The notes: a model not told the origin generated them from the sequence alone. DNA of 64,000 nt from an uncultured beta proteobacterium (GCA_942493085.1 OW818664.1:1027709-1091708); one strand, 5' to 3'. Numbered from the stretch's first letter, positions 9,308 through 18,070 are shown. A program made the numbers and translations.

Positions 9308-10587
9308 TTGCCCGCGCGCTGTGGGTGGCATGTCTTGTCCTTCTGCTCGGGGCCACCATGGCTACGCCGGTGCTTGTCGCGGGCGAAGCGGTTGTCGCCA
9401 TGCCCCTGGCGGGCGATGCGCGGCCCCAGTTGAACCCTGCAATCGCCCACGACGGCAAGGGCACCTATCTGGTGGTGTGGCAGCAGGGCCGGTTTTATCA
9501 CCAAAGCCAGAGCGCGGACATTCTCGCCGCCCGTATCGATGCCCGCGGGCGTGTGCTGGATCGCCAGCCCATTGTCGTCTGTAACGCCGAGGCGAGCCAG
9601 GAGCAGCCGCAGGTGGTCTTTTCCGCGGGGACGTTTCTGGTGGCCTGGCATGACCTCAGGAACGGCCGCGATTGGGACGTCTACGCTGCCCGCGTGAGTG
9701 CGGACGGCAAGGTGTTGGAACGCAACGGTTTTCTCGTTGCCGGGGGGGCAGGTAACCAGGCAAGCCCGGCTCTGGCAGCGGCAGACGACAGCTTCCTGGT
9801 GGTGTGGCAGCACTACGACCAGCACTACCGTTTGCAGGCCTCGTTGATTCCGGCGGCGGGTCCGGCCGCACCGGCCCAGCCGCTGCAATTTCGCGGCGAG
9901 CCCCTGTGGGGCGGTGATCTCGCGCTGGCCCGGGTCGGCGACGGCTGGCTGTTGTCGTGGAACGATGAAAAGTCCTGGTCGCTGTCCGGCGGGGCCAGCA
10001 CCATGATCACCCGGCATTTCGCCAAGCTGGCCGTCCGCAATGGCAAGATGGCGGTGCTGGACGTACAGCGCGCGCCCGCCATCCATGTCGGGCGCAGCGG
10101 CGGACGGTTTGCCGTCGGCGGCGGGCCGTCGGCACTCTACGCTGGCTGGGCCATCGTCGGGCGCGGCAATAGGGCCGCCACCGCGGTGCTGTTCGATTCC
10201 GATGCGTCCCCGATCAGGAATCCCAATCCGGAACAGGACAAACGGGCTTCCGGCTGGAACACGGATCGCATGATGACCCTTTTCAGCCTCGACGTTCCGG
10301 TGGACGGCCCGGTCGCAGCGACCTTCGGTCAGGGCATGTACCTGGCCGCGGCGCGCGAGGCCTATTCCGGCAAACCGACCGATCGCAACCGGCTGCTGGG
10401 CTCGCGTTTGACGCCCGCCGGCGTACGCATCGACAAGGCGTCCGCCTGGCCGGTGCTGCACGAGTCTCCGCACCGCATCGCCAATCCTGCTCTGGCGGGC
10501 GGAAGCCGGCATTTCCTGCTCGCCTTCGAGCAGGAGGATGCGGACGGTCGGCGCCAGATATGGACCAAAATCCTGAAAGCCGAATGA
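9304..10587 (+). CDS. Secreted repeat (propeller-like) protein, function unknown
   Basis: GTGA overlap with the upstream stop (GTG 9304); the tracked 5' extension from 8971 overlaps the previous gene. Signal peptide VIARALWVACLVLLLGATMA. Repeated units such as GTYLVVWQ...DILAARIDARGRVLD, GTFLVAWHD...DVYAARVSADGKVLE, DSFLVVWQHYD. Confidence 0.65.
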   Translation: MIARALWVACLVLLLGATMATPVLVAGEAVVAMPLAGDARPQLNPAIAHDGKGTYLVVWQQGRFYHQSQSADILAARIDARGRVLDRQPIVVCNAEASQEQPQVVFSAGTFLVAWHDLRNGRDWDVYAARVSADGKVLERNGFLVAGGAGNQASPALAAADDSFLVVWQHYDQHYRLQASLIPAAGPAAPAQPLQFRGEPLWGGDLALARVGDGWLLSWNDEKSWSLSGGASTMITRHFAKLAVRNGKMAVLDVQRAPAIHVGRSGGRFAVGGGPSALYAGWAIVGRGNRAATAVLFDSDASPIRNPNPEQDKRASGWNTDRMMTLFSLDVPVDGPVAATFGQGMYLAAAREAYSGKPTDRNRLLGSRLTPAGVRIDKASAWPVLHESPHRIANPALAGGSRHFLLAFEQEDADGRRQIWTKILKAE

Positions 10588-13500
10588 TGCCCATGCGTGC
10601 CCTGCTGCTGATCCTGACCCTGTTTTGCGCGGCACCGGCCGCGGCCGCACTGGACGGCGACAGCCGCGCCTACGCCTGGCGCAACGGCGTCTTCAACGTG
10701 CCGCTGAAGGTGCGCGACAATTCCGGCGTGGCGCGTCGCGGCTGGCCCGTCACCACGGGCGTGCCGCTGCCTTTGGGGGTGGTGCAGGAGGCCGGGCAGT
10801 TGCGCCTGACGGACGCAGCGGGACATGAGATTCCGGCCCAGTTCACTGTCCTCAGCCGCTACGGTGCGCGCGGCAACTCGCTGCGCTGGGTGCTGCTGGA
10901 TTTTCAGGTGGACATGCCGGCCAATGGCGAGGTGACGCTGCAACTGCGCAACGACCGTCCTGCCCAAGCGGTATCTGCACCGATCCGCATCGCCGAAACC
11001 GGTGAATCCATCACGGTGGACACCGGCGGCGTGATCGCCACGATTTCCCGGCGCGATGGCAGCTTACTGCAATCGGTCAGCGTGGGTGGCAAGCAGATAT
11101 TGAAAGCTGGCGACAACGATGGCCCGGCTTTGCGCGCCGGGGACACGCGGAAGATGGAACGCTTCCGCGGCCCGGCCTGGAACACCCACGGCTGGGAGAA
11201 GTCGCGCAGCCTGGAAAACATCCACATTGCCGAATCCGTTTATCGTGGCGGTCCGCCGCGTGAAGTGAAGGTCGAGATGGCTGCACCGCTGCGCAGCGTG
11301 GTGATGATCCGTGGACGCCACCTGCCGACCGGGCGCGGTGCAGGCATGCTCAAGTCGGGACTGTATGACTATGCGGTACGTCTGCATTTCTATCGCGGCC
11401 AGAGCTATATCAAGGTCGAGTACGCACTGGAAAACGCCGACCGCGCCCAGCCGCAGTCGAGCCACCTGTTCCGCGAGGCCAGCCTGAACCACAGCCTGAC
11501 GCTGGGTTCAGGCGCCGTCGTCAGCGGGGGCGGGCTGACGGCGCAGCCGGGTGCATCTGCCATGGCCTCGTTTCCCGTGACGGCGCGGCAGGAAGGCTGG
11601 CTGGTCCAACGCGCCGGCCGCAGCGAGAAAAAATATGGCCGCCAGGTGGTTCACGAGGGTGGCTACCAGATCGGGCCGGAGACGGAAGGCGCGCTTGTCA
11701 GCCCCGTGGCCGCGGGGGAGCGGGGGCGTTTCCTCGATGTTTCCGACGGCGAAAAAGGCGTGGGGATCGCGATGCGCTATCTGTGGGAGCAGGCGCCGCG
11801 CGCCATCAACCTGTCGCCGAAGCAGCTCAGGGTTGTGGTGCAGGCCGACAGCCCCGGCCATCGTTCCGATGCTGATCGCCCCGCCTACGATCTGGATCTT
11901 GGCGAGCGCAGTCTGCACGATGTGCTGTATTACTTCCATCTGGGCGATGCACGGCAGGCGCGGGTTCAGGATGTGGCCGAGGCTTTCGAATACCCGCTGT
12001 TTGCTCGCGCCCCGCCTGCCTGGTATTCCGACGTTGGCAACTGGTATTTCGAGATTGCCCGTGATCCGGGCAAGCCCGCGCGGGGCCTTGACTCGGATCA
12101 GCACTGGATGCCATCCAGAATTGGCGTCGGGCGGCATGGGGAAAGTCGCAGCTACAATTCAGGTGGTCACCACGACAGCCAAAGTTCCGGGTGGTTGAGC
12201 TTCCTGCGGACCGGCATGCTCACAGACCTGGAGCGCAATCTCGCGATCAGTCGCTGGAGCATCGCCCACAATCCCGGCTGGGCCTACCGTGATAATGTCA
12301 TCAGCTTCGGCAACGGGGCGGAGCGCTACCGTACCGTCGACCGTGCGCTGGACGAATGGAATCGACTGACCGCTTTCGGACCCAAGGATTTCTATTTGTG
12401 GCGCAGCGATCAGACCTACACCGAAAAGGCGCCCAAGGGCGAGGTGCTGAGGTACAAGGGCGGCCGCAGCTACCTGAACGGCTACAAGGTACTGCCGGAC
12501 ATGGAGCACTATGCCCTGTTCCGCCTGTTCGAGTACTACTACCTCACGGGCGACATGCGCTCGCTGGACGCCATCCACGGTTTCGTCAACTGGGACATCA
12601 ACTTCCAGCACCGCCACCTGTTCCAGGGCAGGATGCAGCCGCTTGCTGTCACCGACCTGTTCGAGCGCGATCCTGAGGCACTGCGGCGCGGCCACTACAG
12701 CCGGGTCTATGCCTGGATGCTGTTCACCAACCTCGCCGGCTACCACGCCACCGGCAGCCCGGTATACGACGAATTTGCCCGCTGGCAGATCCGCCGGGCG
12801 CTCGCTCTGCTGCGCCACCGTCATGGCCAGCTGACCAGTTGGGACGATTCGGTTTCCGGCATGCTCAGCACGCTCTTCGGGCGAACGGCGGCCGTGCCGC
12901 AGTCCTGGGCGCAGAGCTGGATGGAGGCCATGGGGACGATTGCGCTTCACGAAGCGTACAAGACCTTTGATGACGAACGCATCCTCGATGGAATATGGGG
13001 GCAGGCCGACTATTTCAGCCATCATGTGCTGTACTACCCGCAACTGGGCATGATCAACAACCGCACCGGGATGCCCAACAGGCCGCTGGGCCACGGCAAG
13101 GACCGCGGTGCCACGCTGACCCCGCAGCGCCACGACTGGGTGATCCAGGCCTGGCCCGTTCTCTACCATTACACCGGCTGGCCGGAGGTGGCCGAGCGTT
13201 ACCAGAATTTCGAGCGTGCGCGCAAGGACGCCTGGACGCAGGACGTGTTCCTGCAAACGGCCCATTGGGAACAGCAGAACGTCGCCAAGCGCTCGTCCCG
13301 CCCGCCGGACCCAATCACTGATCTGCGCGTCCTCCGCGCCGATCGTTCCGGCATCGCCCTGACCTGGACCAGTCCCCGCGATGACGGGCCCACGGGCCGG
13401 GCCGAGCGCTATTTCGTCAAATACAGCAGCAAGCCCATCGTCGAATTCGCCCCCACCGACAATCCAGCCCGGAACGGGGACAAGGCGCGCATTGTGCAGA

Positions 13501-13862
13501 ATGTCGAGGAACGGGTCTTGTCGCGTTCCAAAGGCAAACGTCTGAAAACCAGTATTAGTCCCGGCGAGGCAGGTACCGAGCCCAACGATGTGCAGCGTGT
13601 CCATCCGGACTGGAACCGGGTCAACGCATTCTGGATGGCCGAGCACGTGGCGGGCGAACCGGCGCCGGCGCCGGCCGGCAAGACCGAAACCTTCACGATC
13701 CGCGAATTGCGCCCGCACAACGGGTTTGGCGCTCCCACGCAACCCGGGGTGGAGAGCCTGCCTGCCGGCACCTACTACGTGGCGATCTGCTCGTGGGACG
13801 AAGACCGCAACCTGAGCCACCTGTCCAATGTGGTCAAGCTGCAGCTGGGAAAACAGGATTAA
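10584..13862 (+). CDS. Large secreted protein (about 1,090 aa) with a C-terminal fibronectin-type-III domain; possible polysaccharide-active enzyme
   Basis: ATGA overlap with the upstream stop (ATG 10584). Signal peptide MMPMRALLLILTLFCAAPAAAA. N-terminal beta-sandwich-like region (GWPVTTGVPLPLGVV...LRLTDAAGHEIPAQ...LRWVLLDFQVD), helical central region (FRLFEYYYLTGDMRSLDAIHGF), and FN3-like ITDLRVLRADRSGIALTWTSPRDDGPTGRAERYFVKYSSKPI. Confidence 0.75.
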   Translation: MMPMRALLLILTLFCAAPAAAALDGDSRAYAWRNGVFNVPLKVRDNSGVARRGWPVTTGVPLPLGVVQEAGQLRLTDAAGHEIPAQFTVLSRYGARGNSLRWVLLDFQVDMPANGEVTLQLRNDRPAQAVSAPIRIAETGESITVDTGGVIATISRRDGSLLQSVSVGGKQILKAGDNDGPALRAGDTRKMERFRGPAWNTHGWEKSRSLENIHIAESVYRGGPPREVKVEMAAPLRSVVMIRGRHLPTGRGAGMLKSGLYDYAVRLHFYRGQSYIKVEYALENADRAQPQSSHLFREASLNHSLTLGSGAVVSGGGLTAQPGASAMASFPVTARQEGWLVQRAGRSEKKYGRQVVHEGGYQIGPETEGALVSPVAAGERGRFLDVSDGEKGVGIAMRYLWEQAPRAINLSPKQLRVVVQADSPGHRSDADRPAYDLDLGERSLHDVLYYFHLGDARQARVQDVAEAFEYPLFARAPPAWYSDVGNWYFEIARDPGKPARGLDSDQHWMPSRIGVGRHGESRSYNSGGHHDSQSSGWLSFLRTGMLTDLERNLAISRWSIAHNPGWAYRDNVISFGNGAERYRTVDRALDEWNRLTAFGPKDFYLWRSDQTYTEKAPKGEVLRYKGGRSYLNGYKVLPDMEHYALFRLFEYYYLTGDMRSLDAIHGFVNWDINFQHRHLFQGRMQPLAVTDLFERDPEALRRGHYSRVYAWMLFTNLAGYHATGSPVYDEFARWQIRRALALLRHRHGQLTSWDDSVSGMLSTLFGRTAAVPQSWAQSWMEAMGTIALHEAYKTFDDERILDGIWGQADYFSHHVLYYPQLGMINNRTGMPNRPLGHGKDRGATLTPQRHDWVIQAWPVLYHYTGWPEVAERYQNFERARKDAWTQDVFLQTAHWEQQNVAKRSSRPPDPITDLRVLRADRSGIALTWTSPRDDGPTGRAERYFVKYSSKPIVEFAPTDNPARNGDKARIVQNVEERVLSRSKGKRLKTSISPGEAGTEPNDVQRVHPDWNRVNAFWMAEHVAGEPAPAPAGKTETFTIRELRPHNGFGAPTQPGVESLPAGTYYVAICSWDEDRNLSHLSNVVKLQLGKQD

Positions 13863-13888
13863 AGCCTGGTTGTATTGAAAAACGACAC

Positions 13889-15715
13889 CTAGTGTTCGTT
13901 GGCCTGCAGCCACTGCTCCAGCATCATCGTCACCCAGATCATTACGCCGTAGTAACTGGCGTGCGGGCCACGTTGCATGGCCAGCATGTGATCGAGATAG
14001 GCTGGTTCGATCCAGCCGCGCTGCTTGAAGTCCGACAGGCTGTCGCCGACGAGATCGCCAAGCGGGGCGTATTGGGTGTTCCATACACCGAACGGTAGGC
14101 CGAAGCCATGTTTGCTCTTGTTAATGATCTTTTCGGGTAGCAGGTCTCGCAGCGCCTCCTTGAAGAACCAGCGCAGACTCTGGCCGCGCACTTTGTAGTC
14201 GACCGGCAGGTGGTTGGCGAAGGCGACCATGCGGTCGTCGAGCAGCGGATAGTGCACTTCGATGCCGGCCGCCTCGGTCATCGTACCGACCTTGCGCAGG
14301 TCGTTGTCGGCCAGGGTGAACTTCAGGTCCAGGTGCATCATGCGGTTGATGTAATGGTCCGATGCAGTGCGTTCATATACTTCGGTGAGCGCGGCATCTG
14401 TGATCGAAGGATCGATGGCACAATGGAAATCAGGGGTAAGGATCTGATCGAGTGGCGTACGGTGCATGAAATTGTAGCTTTCCAGACGCAACGGCAGCCC
14501 CATGTTCGCCTGGCGCACGTAGCTTTTCAGTTTGGCCAGTGGGAAGCGGTCGGATAATCCGGGCAAATGCACGATCGGCTCAACGATGCCGCGCCGGATG
14601 GACGTCGGTAGGCGAAAGTAGCTCTCGAATAGTTTTTGCTTGGCGTAGCGCACATTGCCGCCGAAGATTTCGTCGCCACCGTCACCGGCGAACATGTTCT
14701 GGAATCCAGCTTCCTGCGCAGCCTTGGCGCAGAAATAGGCTGGCACCGCCGAAGCATTGCCGAACGGCTCGTCATATTCACGCGCGATGACGGGAATTGC
14801 CGTCACGATGTCGGCGGGCTTTAGGTAATACTCATGGCTGCGGCTGCCGTAGCGTTCGGCGGCGCAGCGTGCGTATTCCATTTCATCGAAACCCTCGGCG
14901 TCGAAACCGATGGAAAACGTGTCGACCGGCGCACCGCGCGCAGCGGTGAGCGCGCCGACTACGGTGGAACTGTCGGTGCCGCCAGAGAGAAAGGCCGCTG
15001 TAGCGGGCGCATCGGCAGCGCGTACGGACTGGTCCAGTATTTCTCGAAACAGGCGGCGCTGTTCTTCGAAACCGGTTTGGATCGGAACGTAGTCGGCTTG
15101 CCAGTAGAAATCAACGTTGATTTGGCCATTGCTCAGGGTAACGATCTGTCCCGGAAGCAGTTTGTGGATGCCCTGGTACAGACTGCGCGGCGCGGGGATG
15201 GTATGGAAATACAGGTAGTCGTATATCGCCTGGGGGTCGATGGTGCGACCTACGGCAGGATGGGCCGCCACGTTTTGTACGCTGCTGCCGAATATCAGAT
15301 TGCCGCCGCGATAGGCATAACTCAACCGTTCGGTACCCATGCGATCCAGCACCAGGCAGGCTTTTTTCTTGAGGGAATCGAGCACGGCAAAGGCGAAATT
15401 ACCGTGCATCAGGGTGGGCAGTTTTTCACCGAAACGCATCCAGCCATGTGCGAGGGCCACGACCTGGCCTTGATCGCGGGCAATCAAGGCCAGGTCGTCA
15501 TCCAGAAACCGTGGCCGGCCGTATAAGGTGGCTGCAAGGCCGTTCTCCACATGGATGTCGGCTTTGCCGAAGCGTGAGGTTGCGGCCACGCCGAGGATCT
15601 GGCTGCTGTGTGCATGCAGCAGATTGTCTGTTGGCATATGAGCCGCTTGGCCCATATGCCTGATCAGGTCCTGATGTGCGCCGTGCTCGCCGAGCCAGCC
15701 AAAAATACCATCCAT
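13889..15715 (-). CDS. Asparagine synthetase (AsnB)-like amidotransferase homologue 1, lacking the N-terminal Cys nucleophile
   Basis: PP-loop AFLSGGTDSSTVVG and AsnB-type synthetase domain. The N-terminus reads MDGIFGW (codon 2 is GAT, checked on the DNA) where class-II amidotransferases have Cys2. Confidence 0.9.
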   Translation of the reverse strand: MDGIFGWLGEHGAHQDLIRHMGQAAHMPTDNLLHAHSSQILGVAATSRFGKADIHVENGLAATLYGRPRFLDDDLALIARDQGQVVALAHGWMRFGEKLPTLMHGNFAFAVLDSLKKKACLVLDRMGTERLSYAYRGGNLIFGSSVQNVAAHPAVGRTIDPQAIYDYLYFHTIPAPRSLYQGIHKLLPGQIVTLSNGQINVDFYWQADYVPIQTGFEEQRRLFREILDQSVRAADAPATAAFLSGGTDSSTVVGALTAARGAPVDTFSIGFDAEGFDEMEYARCAAERYGSRSHEYYLKPADIVTAIPVIAREYDEPFGNASAVPAYFCAKAAQEAGFQNMFAGDGGDEIFGGNVRYAKQKLFESYFRLPTSIRRGIVEPIVHLPGLSDRFPLAKLKSYVRQANMGLPLRLESYNFMHRTPLDQILTPDFHCAIDPSITDAALTEVYERTASDHYINRMMHLDLKFTLADNDLRKVGTMTEAAGIEVHYPLLDDRMVAFANHLPVDYKVRGQSLRWFFKEALRDLLPEKIINKSKHGFGLPFGVWNTQYAPLGDLVGDSLSDFKQRGWIEPAYLDHMLAMQRGPHASYYGVMIWVTMMLEQWLQANEH

Positions 15716-15744
15716 GGTGTGTTGTGCCAGTGTGATGCGGGATA

Positions 15745-16764
15745 ATGTCCGCCAATATAAACGAAGCTGCAGATTGGCACGAATCCTGTGCGTTCTGTCT
15801 CGACTGGATCAGGCATCAAATTGAAAACGGCAACCCGCGCATGAATTTGAGTGCATTTTTTGACAAAGTGACCAAGACGCTGGCGTATCACTCGCGCCGG
15901 CAGCTTCGACGCCTGCGTGAGATGTGCTGGGGTCTGTCACGCCGCCCAGCCAGCCGCCCCATCATTGTGGTGGGGTGTTCGCGTGCGGGTACCACGTTGG
16001 TCTATAAGACCTTGTCGGAATCGCGTGAAATCGGCAGTCTGCAGCGTGAAACCCACGATTACTGGACCGACCTGCATCCGCCGGTCGACAAGCACTGGAA
16101 CACCCATGCGCTGGACGCGGCCGACGCCAGCGAGCGCGACCGCGACACCGTCAGCCGCTATTTCTTCAGCTGGACCGGCCGCCGTCGCTGGGTAGACAAG
16201 AATAACCAGAACGGCTTGTGCGTACCCTATCTGCAGGCGCTGTTTCCCGACGCTGTGTTCGTTTTCGTCAAGCGCAGCCCGGGCGACAACCTCAATTCGC
16301 TGATCGAAGGCTGGCGCAAACCTGACGAATTCGCCACCTGGTCGAACGACCTGCCGGCGACGGTGGCGGTGGAAAACGGCACCCTGTCCCAGTGGTGTTT
16401 CTTCCTCGCCGAGGGTTGGCGCGAGTATGTGAATGCGCCAGTCGAGGACGTCGCCGCATTTCAGTATGTCGCCATCAACCAGGCTATCCTCGATGCCAAA
16501 GCCAGTGTGCCTGCCGGGCAATGGGTCGAGGTGTTCTACGAAGACTTTCTGCGCGATCCGGCCACCACCTTTCGGCAGATATTTGAGGGTTGTGGCTTGA
16601 GCTTCGACTCGCGTTTGCAGATGCATTGCGCCGGGGTGCTCGATATCCCTTACAACGCCTTTTCCGAAATCCGCCTGGATAAATGGAAGGACGGCCACAA
16701 CCGGGAAAAAATTGAGCGCGTGTTGCCCCAGGTGGCAGACGTGGCGGCAAGGATGGGCTATTGA
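15745..16764 (+). CDS. Sulfotransferase family protein (paralogue 2)
   Basis: 5'-PSB-like IIVVGCSRAGTTLVYKTL; 3'-PB-like VFVKRSPGDNLNSLI. The alternative start ATG 15841 (MNLSAFF) would leave a more plausible divergent intergenic region. Confidence 0.8.
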   Translation: MSANINEAADWHESCAFCLDWIRHQIENGNPRMNLSAFFDKVTKTLAYHSRRQLRRLREMCWGLSRRPASRPIIVVGCSRAGTTLVYKTLSESREIGSLQRETHDYWTDLHPPVDKHWNTHALDAADASERDRDTVSRYFFSWTGRRRWVDKNNQNGLCVPYLQALFPDAVFVFVKRSPGDNLNSLIEGWRKPDEFATWSNDLPATVAVENGTLSQWCFFLAEGWREYVNAPVEDVAAFQYVAINQAILDAKASVPAGQWVEVFYEDFLRDPATTFRQIFEGCGLSFDSRLQMHCAGVLDIPYNAFSEIRLDKWKDGHNREKIERVLPQVADVAARMGY

Positions 16765-16876
16765 TGGGTGCACTACCGACCCAAATTTCGTTATTCCGGC
16801 AGACTCCGGAATCCAGTGCCTTTATTAAACAGGTCTCCGGATTTTCCCGGAGTGACGAGACTCCGGGAGTTCCCCC

Positions 16877-18070
16877 GTGACGATGTTAGTGCTTGCTCTT
16901 GCCGCCATCCTGCTTCTGTGGACAGCCGTCCTGCTCGCTTTTGCCGGCCCGCTCGCAGCGCGCTGGCGTGAGCCAGTACTGCGTCAGCCCGTTTTGATCA
17001 TCGAGAGCGATGATTGGGGTGCAGGTCCGCTGGCACAGGCCGACGCGTTGAACCGGCTGTCTGCATTATTGCAGCGGGTGCGTGATCGCGGTGGTCATCC
17101 GGCCGTGATGTCGCTGGGTGTGGTGCTGGAAGTGCCGGACGGCAAACGAATCGCCGCGACCGGCGTGACCGAATACCATGCGTTGCCGCTTGCTGATGCG
17201 TGCTTTGACGATATACGTGCCGTGATGCGGTCTGGCATTGATGCAGGCGTGTTCGCGCCGCAACTGCATGGCCAATGCCACTACTGGCCGCCTGCAGTGA
17301 TGGATGCAGCAAAATCGGATGCCAGCGTGCGCGATTGGCTGACCGCCTCCGATCCTGTCGCTACCGAAAATTTGCCTTCGCCCCTGCAAAGCCGCTGGAT
17401 CGATGCATCCATGTTGCCGTCGCGCGTGCTGGCGCCCGAAGCGATCCGGCAGGCCGTCATTGCCGAGGCCGCATCCTATCAAGCAGCTTTTGGGAGCGCG
17501 CCACAGGTAGCAGTGGCCACCACTTTTGTTTGGAACGAGCTAGTCGAAGCTGGCTGGGCGCAGGCAGGGGTCGAGACCATCATTACGCCGGGGCACCGCG
17601 CCACCTGCCGCAATGCCGCCGGGCAGCCGGCCTGTGAGGATGCAACGATGCTAACGGGTGAACATTCACTCGCAGGGCAAACGTATCTGGTGCGCGATGT
17701 GTATTTTGAACCGGCGCTTGGACATACGCCGCAGCGTCTTGTGGATGGCTTGCTGGCGCGCACCCGGCAGGGACGCGCGTGTTTGGTAGAAACCCATCGC
17801 TTCAACTTTCTGCAGGCGCTGGACGCCAGTCTCGATGCTTTGGAAACGGGCTTGTGCGCTGCGCTGGCAGCCTGCTCCGACCTGCACTTCATTAGCCCAC
17901 TTGAATTGGCCCATGCGATCCAGAGCCGCGATCCGGCCCGGATCGAAACCCGGCTGATGCCGCGCTTCGTCGCCTGGCACGCACGTCTGGACGAGATCCC
18001 GCGTTTTCGCCGGGTGGCACAATTGAGTGGCTTGGCGCTGCCGCTGGCCTGGCTGGAGCGTGTGGCATGA
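16877..18070 (+). CDS. Hypothetical N-terminally membrane-anchored protein (tentatively YdjC/ChbG-like carbohydrate deacetylase-related)
   Basis: GTG 16877 or ATG 16883. N-terminal helix LVLALAAILLLWTAVLLAF followed by PVLIIESDDWGAGP, which resembles the (N/S)DDFG start of YdjC-type enzymes. The stop overlaps the next gene (ATGA at 18067). Confidence 0.55.
   Translation: MTMLVLALAAILLLWTAVLLAFAGPLAARWREPVLRQPVLIIESDDWGAGPLAQADALNRLSALLQRVRDRGGHPAVMSLGVVLEVPDGKRIAATGVTEYHALPLADACFDDIRAVMRSGIDAGVFAPQLHGQCHYWPPAVMDAAKSDASVRDWLTASDPVATENLPSPLQSRWIDASMLPSRVLAPEAIRQAVIAEAASYQAAFGSAPQVAVATTFVWNELVEAGWAQAGVETIITPGHRATCRNAAGQPACEDATMLTGEHSLAGQTYLVRDVYFEPALGHTPQRLVDGLLARTRQGRACLVETHRFNFLQALDASLDALETGLCAALAACSDLHFISPLELAHAIQSRDPARIETRLMPRFVAWHARLDEIPRFRRVAQLSGLALPLAWLERVA

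Noticed and set aside
12159-14084. A 641-codon ORF antisense to the large secreted-protein gene. Similar long antisense or alternative-frame ORFs include 2887..4245(-), 4859..6238(-), 6767..7954(-), 9196..10650(-), 23331..23948(+) and 29622..30617(+).
   Set aside because: These are typical high-GC shadow ORFs. They are Arg/Ala/Gly/Pro-rich with no motifs, and they fully overlap genes that have clear family signatures on the other strand or frame.
15775-15791. TTGGCACGAATCCTGTGC upstream of the second sulfotransferase, as a possible sigma-54 promoter.
   Set aside because: The GG-to-GC spacing is 2 nt too long for a functional -24/-12 element, and the -12 region is TGTGC rather than TTGC.
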